Shown: in pieces, positions 12,601-24,774 of the stretch | Layout of the letters: each line of letters begins with the position of its first letter | Position numbering within the stretch: position 1 is the stretch's first letter | Assembly (NCBI GenBank): GCA_964057225.1 | Contig: OZ059899.1 | Location: forward strand, 6,572,001 to 6,636,000 | Direction: 5' to 3' | Source: Auanema rhodensis | Lineage: Eukaryota > Animalia > Nematoda | Length of the DNA stretch: 64,000 nt | Position numbers and translations under genes: made by a program | The notes under the pieces: generated by a model | What the model saw: the letters and a program-made list of their open reading frames with translations, nothing else | Database searches by the model: none | What the model was told of the DNA's origin: nothing

Positions 12601-15600
12601 AAAGTGATTGAAAGCAGCACAATCAGATAGCTAGATGAAAGAACAAGCATGACCTCGAGGAACATCTCAACATCTGTATCATATGAATGCAATTCCGCCA
12701 CATGCCCTATTGTTTATAAAAATTTGCCAAAACAATAATAGCTTCTAAGCGTTGGGCGTTTGAAAAAACTGCCGGCGGCAAGGTTACAAGCACGAACATG
12801 GAACATTTCAACAATGATTGTGATTGTGAATGATATCTTTTTCTCTATTATGTTTCCCCAATCTTTACACGTACGTGTGCATTCGTCCTAAATGGAAACA
12901 CTTTCTATTGTGTGATTGGCGAGACGAAGACGCTCTAGTCTTGACAGTTTTGCCGGAGGCATTGAATTCGGATGACGCAAGACAAACAAAGCTAAGCAAA
13001 AAAGACCTTTGATTCAGGCAATTGACAAGAGAAAAATAAAAAAGGGAATCTGAGAAATTGAAAGCGTCCTCTTTTTTTTATTCATACTGTTCCTTTATTC
13101 CTTTACTAAACATGACTGAGAATTCTTATGAACCAGCTCTTGAATAATATAATGTTTCTTATACAAATCTAAATGTACTCTATATTCGTTGAAGAACTTT
13201 TATGATTTATACGATTTACATCTTCAAAGCTGAATTGTCTCTATTGGTTTGTCATAACTGATGTCGTCGGAGATATTGGAGATGCTCAGAATCATTTCGA
13301 TGTATCACTCAGGAGGATCGTTCAGATGTCAGATGATTTCGGAGACTTCAATTCTTCATCATGTCCTTTCTGAAATATAGTTGAACCCTTTTTAAAAGAA
13401 ACTTTTTGATGAGATGTATGTGATGAATTTGATTCTTTATAATTTTTAAAAATAGATTGAAGCAATTCGAACTTTGCTGCCGAACTATGGTTCCAGTATA
13501 TGCAGTATAACCGTTTTCAAAATAAAATTTAAAAAACCTTGAAAAACTTCAACTCGTAGATTTAACAGGTTTTTAACAAAAAAGCATTGTAAGCATGATG
13601 AATTTGATATTTTTTGTGTAATCGATTCACAATGTGAGATCTTCGAGAATTATGAAAAAGTCTGTTTTCATGTCTGAACGTCTTCCGATATTTCCGGATT
13701 TATATAAATAGTACTAATCGAAAAGAGAATTTGAAACATTTGTTATCAGTAAGCCTGTAGCTTAAGCTTTCACAGATAATCGAAATGAAAACGACGATGG
13801 CCAATACTTTGTAATTTTTCTGATTATCTCTCTATCCGTTTCGCTTGCAAACCTTGTTCAGTATCCAAAGATTTCTTATCGTATAATCATCAAGGAAAAC
13901 TTTATTCATTAAATAATAGTAAAAACAACTTAAATGGAATTGGCGAACAAAATAATGTTAAAATCAGGCTTCTTCTGGACGAACATATGACTAAGACATT
14001 GCTAAATATGCTCTTCTTACGTTAAACAGGATAAGTACTTCTATCTGTTTGGTATCCAGAGAAAACCATTGGCATAATACGGAAATGATTGATGAGAGAA
14101 GAAGAAAACTAACCGGCACTGATTTCATTTAAACTTTCAATAGTTTACCTTTTCTACCACATTTTGTATCAAAATTGACCGTGATTCTTCTGAAATAGCC
14201 TGGTAATTTCAAAAAGTTCTTCCCATTTTTCATGAGCTTCTTTGAAAATGTTGGTTACCTTCTGGACAGTTGGACTGATAGATGTAATTGAAAGTGATCA
14301 TTCAAAGACAAATTTTAATTTCTAAAAAAGATATAAGGTTTTTTATTAGGACGTTGTCCTTATAAGGACATTGTCAAAAAAATTAAAGTTGCATATACAT
14401 TTATCTTTCTGCACTCAGTACAGAGGCAATATAATGATCATCTGGTTAGACCATTATTTCTGTAATTCTCAGATGATTTTTTTGGAAACAAATGATGACA
14501 ATCGACAACGTTAATTTTTCATCGGGTCACCAGAATAACATCATGTTGGTGATATTAATGGAGTACAGTTCAAAAAAAGACCTTGGAAATAGCCCATTCA
14601 TGTTTCGATCATATTACTATTAGACATACAACCAGCTTCATAAGGATGATGTCATTCTTTTATAGTTCTCTTGTTTTTCGGACATTATCATATGCGACAT
14701 ATTTGCTGAATTAATGAAATGTTTCTGGATAAAAAAAGCCTGGAACTATGTCCATAATTGCAAAATATTCGTTTTTTCTACCTAGAGTATCGTAAATTAA
14801 CGGACAAGCACGTGGTAGGAAAAGCATTTTAGCACCTAGTCATGCTGTTTACATCTGACCCTAGATTGTCGAAATAAGGAAAACTATTCAAGAAGTTTCA
14901 TCTTTAACTTCTTGGTATCGTTATCAATCATCTCTTCACCGTTTTCTTAATATTCGTTACATAGACACACCAAACTGGTGATTTCTGTGCTTTTCTATAG
15001 GAGAAAATCGATGAAAGCATAAAATTTATTAGAAAACATTTATTGATTAGTTTGGATAATGCGAAAAGGAAACAGTTACACTTCATCGGTGAGAAAGTAA
15101 TACGAAAAGGAAAAGAATCGAAGAAAAGGTATCAAATATGATCGTGCAACGTACTTTCTGCAAATGAACAAGCTGATGATGACTTTTATCAATCAGGTCG
15201 CAACCAAACTGTTCCTTTAGTGGGTGGACATAGGTGAAACCTTCAAAAATTAAGCTGAAAGGTCGAACCAATTCAGAAAAAAGAATTATGAATGATTACG
15301 ATTCGATCTTAAAAGGACGCTTTGCATATCAGATGAAAAACCTATTCCCGTTTAAACAGCTAGATATCTTTCAGTCTCTCCCTCTATCTCTCTCTCTCTA
15401 TCTCTGTCTGTCTGCCTTTCTCTCTTTATAGCTCTATCTCTACTTCTATCTTTGCAAAACTCTTTATATTTCTTACCCACATACTTACTGCCTGGGTATC
15501 TCTTGCTATCTCATCCTCATTCTTTTCGTTTTTTCTCTCTATCATTCCTTTACCCACTCCTTTTCTTTTTAGTCTCTTCGACCTTGTTCAACTAGCAACT

Positions 15601-18600
15601 TCATGAATGTTTCTGACTTTCGATCAAATAATCTTTTAAAAAGAATAAACGATGAGGAACTTCAGATAAGACGTTTAATTTTCTCTTAAACAGACGGTCA
15701 TGCAGTTCTATCACGTACTCACATGAGCGTTTCCATATTAGGAAACTTTTTATTATAAAAACCAAACATAAGATTAGTAATTGGTCTCGAGAAGTATTTA
15801 AAAAATTGTTGAATTCTATTATTAGACAAGACTATTCGGATGGATAAAAAAATCTTTTTCAAGAATTCAGCACTTCTCCTCCATTTCCCCTCACTTTTAC
15901 TTTCATTCTTCTAATTTTTTTTAAAAATTGTTCGGAAAAACACTTGTAAACACGGTATACCACGAATCCGGAACTATTTGTCTCAACTAATATACGACTT
16001 TTATGTTTTGAACAGACGTTTTTGCTTTTAATAAAAGCCTGTTTTCCTGACACAACCTCAGCATCCTCAAGAATTGTGCTTTGGCATTTGATGTTTCTTG
16101 TCATTAAACATCTGAATCTAAAAAAGGTAACAACATTCGTTAGATGACGATTGATGGTTAGATTGAAAGTTAGTTACAATCTGGTTTCTCAGAGCAGAAC
16201 ATCGATTCTCATCAAGCTCATCTATTTATCTTCTATTCCAGTCAGTTGACAAATTCTAAAAAAAATCATTGTTTCACGATGGCACCTGCCGGAAGAGCAG
16301 GCTGTATATCAAATCATGAACTTTGTTTCTTTTCTAAAGAGGAGCTCAAATTTTCTCCCTCACTGCCTGTCACTTTGTATGAAAGATGAAAAACATGAAA
16401 ACTTTTGATACGTCATCATCAGCTTCTATTTCATCTTTTTTTCACTAGAATATTTGTTCAAACACTGAGAAACTACTATGAAATGACAAAATCCGAATGT
16501 TTACACGAGATAAGAACGCTTTCCATAAACGGTCATCTGAAGATGTAACGATAGAAAAAGAGAAAAAACGAGTGAAACGATTAAAAAGAGAAGTGGATAT
16601 GAAAAGAGAAAAAAGGGAATTCTGTAAAAAGGAGAGAGACTAATAAAAAAAGAGAGATACCGTTGGCACCGAGAGTAATACGTTTTGAGGAAAAAGACAG
16701 AGGCCTTCTGTATGCTAACAACAAATATCTGCTTCAAGATTTAAGAAATTTGTTTGTTGTAAATGCAAAAAACGCAGTATTCATCATCTGCTCCACTGTT
16801 CCAGAGCAATTCGTATTCATCAACTAGAGTTTACCAGCTTCATTGCCTTCAATCTCAATCTGAGAGGAAGGCTTTTAAATGGTTTTGCTAAAGCATTTGA
16901 GGGAAGTTTATATTTGGACCAGATTGTCTCTTACATATTCAAAGATTTATTACATTAATGAAGAATATTATATATATAACCGCAACCGTTCATCACGTTC
17001 AAAAGATTCCATGTATAACATCAGATTATCATAGATTTTGCAATCATTAAACCAATCAAGACAAATGACTTGATTGCTGTAACAGATTTTGAAGGAATCA
17101 GACACAAATTGGGGAAATATTGAGTGCTCGTGTCATCTGTTCAGGACATGTATGCGAACAAACTGCACTCTTTCCGCAATTCCCAAAGAACAATAAGGCG
17201 GAGATAAACGACTTTCGAAGATCTGAACTAGAACCAGTGCACGACTTCAATTTTAAATTCTTTCTTAGGTTTACTGTATCTGAAGGACATGATTTCTACG
17301 ACGAGGTCTAAAAACGGCACAAGATCGTATAAGTTTTATAAATTGGACAGACGCTTTTCTCCTATTCTTTCTGCATTCTGATCTGTTATCAGCACCCCCT
17401 TCTACAAATGGTCACAAGATTTTTCTAAATTAAATGTGACGAAACCAAATGGATTGTTGCTTTAAATAGATATTATCATAATATAGTTGATAAGGTTTAT
17501 AACGAATGATGATCATAATTAGTTATGAAATGCTATAAAATACCTCGCGTTAAACAGTAAAATAAGATGATCAAACATGAATGTTTCGTTAGCCATGAAC
17601 TACAAACTACATGCTTCTTTGACGATTAGAAGATTACATACATATATCTTAATTACAATTTGTAAATCATTTAACAGTAAATATTATAGTATAGTATTTA
17701 ATTCTATGAAAACTAGTAAGTGATGACAATAGTTCTCGAATATCATGTTACAACTTGTAAGCTGTGAAATCCATGTAGATTCAGTTGATATATTACTAGA
17801 ACAATTACGGTTTATCCATTTACGTTAGAATAACATTGATACAACATTTAGGTCACAGCTTCATATCGTGATATTCTGGATGCATACACATATGTCCTGG
17901 GATTGAGACATCAGTATCGAATTCTGAATCTATGGGTACAAACAGTACGAAATAATTTCAATTAAAAAAATGAAACCGTCTAAAGCTTCAATCAGTTGAA
18001 AGGAATTTTAGGCGATTGTTTTCAAATCTTAAATAGATCTATTCCTCATAATGCTCAAAATGAACTTGCCTCGGAATAACAAGGAACACATATCATCGTT
18101 ATCCAAGATAGGTCCTAGCTGAATAGTTTGTCATCGGGCCTTTCCTTATCGCATAGAAGTTGAAAAGCCTGTTAGTCAACCGGACCGACTTGATTCTAGA
18201 CGTACTTGTTACTACTAGTATCCATCTTCAGATACGCAAGTCCAGGTTTTCCTAAAGGTTCATTTACTACATTAGTGACGAGAATCACAGACATTGAGTA
18301 ATGTGGTACTCTGTTGAGGAAAAGCATTGAAATGATGATCTCTTGCAAACAAGTATGTAGAAAAATTCTAGGTTGCAAAACATGATGACGTTTATATTTT
18401 TAAAGATTTGAACTATAAATCTGAGATACACGATATGATATGATTACGAGCTTGAAAAGCCGTCGGAACTGTCGCATTAATTATATCTGAAATAATCTGT
18501 AGCATTCCTGATGTTATTTAGTATAAAACTTGAAAAATGTTAAAAAGATAAGAGTATCCAGTTCTGTTTCCTCTATTTTAAACTATTAGCTTCAAACATT

Positions 18601-18758
18601 TTGACGTGATATTGTTAAAGAACTCTTTTTCGATAGAATACAGATAAAGTTGAAAAGCACAACGTCAGATAAGCTTTAAAAATTACTCAGTCGAGAATTT
18701 TGAGGATTAAAGATCCTTATGATTTATGGCGTTCCTTTGAATACTATCTCCTTTTCCG

Positions 18759-18804
18759 TCTTCTTCGTCTTCTTCTTCTTCTTCTTCTTATTCTTATTCT
18801 TATT
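18759..18804. repeat. (CTT)n/(TTCTTA)n low-complexity repeat
   Basis: tcttcttcgtcttcttcttcttcttcttcttattcttattcttatt. Confidence 0.85.
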
Positions 18805-19707
18805 CCCTGTACTATGAATGGTTTCTTTTCCCTTCATCAATCTTATCATTAAAAATCCGTTAACACATGATCCTAAGGCTGAGAAACGGATACCAGAAGC
18901 TGGATATGACTGCCTTCATTTTACAGATTGCTGTTCTGGCCGTTAGCAAATTCAGTGCTGAAATATCGAGACTGTCTCAGCTTGCAACTGCCGTGTTCAC
19001 CATGAACGTTAGGACTTTTTGGAATGGAATTCGAATTTATAAATACACTTCTGCAGAAAGCTATGCAGATCGTGATCACATATCATTCTATATATGCGTA
19101 GTAACTAGAACACTTATATCTGTTAACAAAGACCAGATCTTTAAAGATTGGATGGAGAACAGCCAGAAGATTTCTTCTGGTATTATTGCACGCAGTGCAC
19201 CCTCCACCCTAGCACACGGCAGTATGTCCTATATCCATTGCTTTCCTTTCCTAATCTTATCTAAGCACATTTATCATCTTCTTCTTCATTAAAACTCATT
19301 TTCAGAAGGCCAGCGCTCAACAAAAAGCGTCAACTTCGTAGCTGCGTCTTTCGCTATCCGTTCTATGAACGATGCATCATGTGAGAAGTTCTGCTTCTCT
19401 CCTCCGAATCCCTACTGTCTATCCTCCCGATGATAAACGGTCTATAGTGTCATGACGGTCAACAGTCTTCTGTATCTAAATTTGGCATCACCCATTCTCA
19501 TCAACATTCAACGCAAAGCTCCGCCTTCGATCTTCAAAGTCGCAACGATAGACCCGTAGGCGGAGCCTCTGTTGACTGTGGGCGTGGCCCGGTTGCTTCT
19601 TTAAAAGGAGCGGGCCGCCCTGGCTTCCCTACGCAGTGATTTCTCCTGCGAGTTCATGGAAATAGCTTTCCTCAGGAACTCCGAGACATTACATCAGCAA
19701 AATAACT

Positions 19708-20860
19708 ATGATCCGCACTATCGCATTTATCGCTATCGTCGCCGGCTTCTTGTCTGTTGAAGGTAAATTTTTCATCTCTCTATCTCTTTCTAATCTTTTT
19801 CTTTTTCGTTTTACTCATATTCTATTTCACTTTCTCTTTTCTTTTCTATCTTGTTTTCATTTTATACTATACAGCAACAACATCAAAACAACTTCCTCAT
19901 TTATCTCATTTTAAAATATGAAAGCATACTTTTACTTATAATTTCCAATAATTTCTCACCATATCATCATTCTCACTTATTAGTCTAGTGCTGTATTCAC
20001 CAACCGGTTATCGGTTTGATACGCTTCGTCTTCCTCCAGCTGCTACTGATGCACAGCTTCATGTCACAACCAAGCTGCAGGCTTTTGTGATCTGTTCATC
20101 AATTCGCTCTCATCTATACTCTATCCTCCTACTCTTACCTCTTTCCGAAAGTTCTCGGAGTATCAAAATTAAGTTGTTTTATTTTTAGCCAGCCCACGTG
20201 ATCGTCGTGACGACAAGATCGAAAGATACTGCCAAAAGCATCAAGATCACTATGCTAAATATTGTTCTGACAACGTCGACGTCGACCGTGCTTCTTATGC
20301 CAAGTTGGCCAAATTCTGTCCAGCTTACGAAAAGCATTGCGCTGTTCCAAAGCGCCGTGTAGGCCCAGCTGCTTCTTCTGCTAAGGATGGAGACCTTGTT
20401 ATCCCACCTCCACTTCCAAAAGGAGTAGATTTCGCCGCTCTTGATTTGCCAATTGGAAATGCTGCTGCTGCTCAACAAGCTTCTGGAGACGCCACCCCAG
20501 CTATCAGCAAGAATCGCTTGACTGCTGCCATAATCGCCAGTTGTACTCCTGAATGCACCGCAGCCCACTGTACTGACGAATGCAAGTGTGCTCACACTCA
20601 TCCTAAGGTAAGATTATTTTAAAATTATCATGGTCGTAGGTACTGTATCGAAAAGTATTCTGTATATTTTTTCAACTTCGAAGCTCCGCCTATTTGACCT
20701 AATTATTAAAGACATTTTTCAAATTCACAATACAAATAACTATTTTTATTTTTTACAGGTTCACGCCATGTGCAACCCACCAGCCACTTCTGATATTGCC
20801 AACACCTGCCAGAGATGGTATGCCAAGTGTCCAATGTTCCAGCCAGTTCAATACTACTAA
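19708..20860 (+). CDS. Secreted cysteine-rich nematode protein, possibly a molting/apical-ECM (MLT-8-like) protein; exons 19708-19762, 20189-20607, 20759-20860
   Basis: Signal peptide MIRTIAFIAIVAGFLSVEA, RDRR furin-like site, N-terminal 4-Cys module (YCQKH..YCSD..FCPAYEKHC), Pro/Ala linker, C-terminal CTPECTAAHCTDECKCAHTHPKVHAMCNPP..CQRWYAKC. Codon bias of a highly expressed gene. Family name is from memory and uncertain. Confidence 0.85.
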
Positions 20861-22434
20861 ACAACTGAATTGGAGCGCCTTGTGCCTTTCTAGCGCCTGA
20901 CTTACTGACAGTTCACTGAGCCTTTTGAGGACCACAAAAAGCATTTTGCAGCTTGTGAGGCTCTTTATATTGTAGTCAAAACTTGTAAATATATGTAGAA
21001 CTTATCCATACAATATCCATCCACATAACCACAACAAAAGCGCAGTTAGCCGGGAAGAATATCACATCAAACCTGGTACAGCGACTGTTTCCCCTCAATT
21101 TGAATCCTTTTTGTTTTTTGCAGAGCTCTCAATTCTATTACTATCCTATCTTCAACTTCCAGAGTGTTCAGATTAGGGGAAACAGTCTTGCCCAGGTATA
21201 TATGAGCCTCTTTCTAGCTTTCTTAATAAGGAAGTGCGCTCTTTTAAGACCGATCTCTAAACATCTCCGGTTCGCAATATAGCTTTGAAAGTGGCACACA
21301 TGACTTAACCTCGTTGATGTACCTGTGTTATATAAGTATATATACTGATAATATTCTATTTGTTAATGAATAAAGTCTAAGCGCATTATTTGAAAGGCTG
21401 AACACTTTATCTAACACTGGACACTATGTTCAAAGACGAATAAAGTTATCTGCATACAAAGCTTATCTTCATACAATTCTATCTTCAATTATTCGTCGTT
21501 CAAACTACTTGGTACGATATTATAAGGTTCATATCATCGTCATCTCCATAGTATCTACCAATGACAACAAATCTTCAGAAAAATTCTGAAAGACCTAGAA
21601 TTCTTAAAGACTAATACATCATACATCGAAGTACGGTACTTCAAGTCTATATTTAGACTAGTTTATCATCATCCAAACCCGACAACCTAACAGTCAATCT
21701 AATCCATTAAACGAAGAAAAACGCAATAAGATTCGGTTCCTGATGATATGACAGCGATGACGGACGGTAAACGAACTATCTACTATCCCCCCGGCGGACT
21801 CCAACGATAACTTTGATAACTCAAACTTATAACGGGTAGTTATCGTTTCAGTCATACAAATGTTGTTGTCCGTCAAAATCAAACATAACCAGCAACTAAT
21901 ATCACATTATACATACAAAAGAATATATAGAATGTACAAAAAATGAAAGGATACGAACAGAAGATATAAATACACTTGTTTGATTCATCAAACTGCTTAG
22001 TACTCACAACAAAGTAACACTCTATTCATAAAGAACGGTTTTCAGAATATTTTGAGATATTGACCAAGTTCAGAAAGGTCTGAACTGGCTAAGAGCTTGG
22101 CAATCAATGTTATCAAATATTTCAAGTCCATGGAAAATTTTAAATCTCCCCAGCAGAACGGGTGAAGCCGTCAACCACCCTTCAAAAAACCATCAGTTCA
22201 TCATTCATTTCTTACCTGAGAAATTCCGCAATAAACCAAAAGTTTTAGTTTTATACCAAAACTCTATGTATCCCTATTTATTGATCATAACTGGTTGCCA
22301 ATAACTAGTTACCGTAAACAAAATCATTCATAACCAATGTTAATTTAGGCAAAGGTGAGAGGAACACGGTTCAAAAAAGACTACACGTAAGATAAAATAA
22401 ACAGACACATAAATAAATATATACATATACATAA

Positions 22435-23658
22435 TTAACAATGGGGTCGACTATCAATTTGGATTTTTGCCACTTCTTGTAGCCTTCTTTGTATTCGTTG
22501 GATCAATTCTTCGCCGTCGGACACAACTGTTTCCAATTCTCGAGCAACCTAAGAGATAATGTTAGAAACACTGGTTATTTTTTTTCTTTATTCTATAGCA
22601 ACAATAGCTATAGTAACAAATTTTTTAAAAGCATTTCTATTGTATCAAGTCCGAAGCCACGCAAGCTTCACAGTTCGACCATAAATTTTTTAAGAAGAAT
22701 GTGCTTCAATAAGGCAAGGTCATATAGACGGTGCTTGTCAAATGGTTTGCAAGGCCGTTTAAGAGCAAATGGTCATACTTTATCAAAAGAAAAGCTATAA
22801 TTTTACTATGGAAGTATTTTAATATTCGGTTAAAATCAGGGAATAGCTAATAGAAATATTTAATTTACATAGTAGTTTTTTTTTGACGATAACCTTTTCA
22901 ATGGTCGTACACACCATTTTTTACTTCACTTATATGGCGGTCAAGTATTATTGCTAGGTGTCGAATGACATCACTAAATTCTCCAAGAACCGTATACGTT
23001 GATAGCCATCAATCACCAGTATTAGTATTTGACAACCGGATTGAAACTCTTAAACGTACGTGTGAAATTTGAATTATCGTACGACCACTATAAACATTTT
23101 ACTTCAAAATCATGATCCCTATCTTTCAATTTATGTTTATAAATAATTAATGTTATATAGCCAATTATAAGTAGTATGCTTGGATGATACAATTTTGTGA
23201 ATGAGATTCCTAACATTAATGAGAGAGAGAGAGATATGTTCAAAAAAACCTTATAAGTAATATTCGAAAAATATATAATCGAAAGCATACCATACTCCGT
23301 TTAGAATCAGTAGACAGAAGATCTTCTCTTGTTTCATCAGCAGTCATTTCCTCAGTTGTGAACGAATCAATGAGAATCTAGATTGCACAGCGCATAAAGT
23401 AAAAACTCAAAACAGTTTCTTACCTCGATATCCTTGCATGTTTGAGCTACATGTGTGGCAAAATGCTGACAATGTGGTTCCTCTTCAAGTTCCTAATTGA
23501 AATTATAAATCAAAACGTCGCAAAATTATGAATGAAACCTTCGAGCACGAATTGAAATCACAAGGCGGAGCAGTAGCTTGCAGCACACCTACAGCATTCG
23601 TCATGAATAAAGCCAAATCATTAATAATATCTTGTAACTGCGTTAAACGATCGGCCAT
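22435..23658 (-). CDS. mdt-21: Mediator subunit Med21 (4 exons; last intron 22549-23290 is 742 nt)
   Basis: [81 protein letters not shown], a classic Med21/Srb7 sequence. Confidence 0.93.
22638..23090 (-). ncRNA. Candidate ~450-nt structured intronic RNA with 3' H/ACA module
   Basis: 13-bp closing stem (23078-23090 with 22899-22911; three G.U pairs favour the minus strand), two further long hairpins, ANANNA-compatible AAAAAA at 22691-22686, a 3' hairpin and ACA at 22643-22641. Confidence 0.55.
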
Positions 23659-23820
23659 CTTTAATGAATTTTAAAAACTCACTGTTTATATAAGAGAACC
23701 AAATAAATAATTGTTCAAACAATTATAAATTCCAAATAATAGTATGAAGAAGAGTATTTATTTATTCCAAATGCGAAATGTACAATTAAAGGTTTGAGGT
23801 AAGAAGATGAAATCATTCGT

Positions 23821-24480
23821 TTAATACTTGTATTTGGTTGAGTAATCCTTGGGAGATACAACCAAACCACGGCCTTTACGAGCTCCTCTGAAAAAATTAA
23901 AGGCATGAATAGTAGTCATAATATGTTTATTTTCCAACCTATATACAGTTTCAATTATATCTATGAGCTCTTGGCCGTCAGTTATAGCCCAATTAATTTT
24001 ATTGTTATTACCGGTTCCTAAACAAAATTCTCAGATATAGTTAAAGATTACTGGTGTTACCAAGATCAACCATTATATGTTTATTTCTAAAGAAAAACAT
24101 TACTGTACAAGGATCATACAATTCGTACATTTTGTTGAAATCAGGAACCTACAAGTGGTGTCAAAATCAAGAACAAAAAACACAAAATACCTTTGAAATG
24201 TCTACAAGATAGACGACAGCGAAATTCTTTACTTTTGGAGCAATTTTGAAAAGAGTCTACAAAACATAAATATACAAATTGATGACTTGATAAAAATATC
24301 ATACCTCATCCATTCTCATACATGTTGGATCCCAATCATGCCCAAATCTTATCACAACAACACGATCTTCTTCAGCTAGAATAGACTGGTCCACCTGTAA
24401 GTAGTATGAGTTTATTTATTCTATATTGGTTTCAACTGTACCTGCCAGCCATTCTCTAAATGAGGTAACATATACGACAT
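23821..24480 (-). CDS. dib-1: U5 snRNP thioredoxin-like protein DIM1/TXNL4A
   Basis: MSYMLPHLENGWQVDQSILAEEDRVVVIRFGHDWDPTCMRMDE..VPDFNKMYELYDPCTVMFFFRNKHIMVDLG..KGRGLVVSPKDYSTKYKY*. Confidence 0.95.
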
Positions 24481-24774
24481 CTTGAAGTATTATTAAGTTG
24501 ATTTGTTCGACAAAACTAAAATGAAACTAAAAGATTAAAGCTATCAATTTGAATATGCAAAATTATTAAAAGAAAATTAATCTGATCATCTACGCTTGCG
24601 ACATCTGCATCAATACACTGTATAAATGTCTTACTGGCGCATTAGTTGGTTTGACGTAGATTTTGATACTTTAAGTTAATTATGCTAATTAAATATTTTA
24701 TGAATATTCTTCAATTATAGAATATCTTGTAACCATATCAGTCCTTTTTAATATATCGTTTAGCGAATGCTCAG

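Noticed and set aside
18867-19292. 141-aa plus-strand ORF
   Set aside because: No recognisable domain, codon bias or splice context; lies in the promoter region of the next gene.
21715-21750. CTGATGA with nearby GAAA suggesting a hammerhead ribozyme
   Set aside because: Stems I-III cannot be formed in the required order.
21819-21837. TACCCGTTATAAGTTT (minus) resembling miR-55/miR-100 family
   Set aside because: An extra nucleotide breaks the match after the seed, and it sits in a loop rather than a pre-miRNA arm.
22739-22850. AAACCAU and UAUUCC motifs in the mdt-21 intron resembling snR30/U17 m2/m1
   Set aside because: Not located in the internal loop of the 3'-terminal hairpin with the expected spacing to ACA; kept only as an alternative hypothesis.
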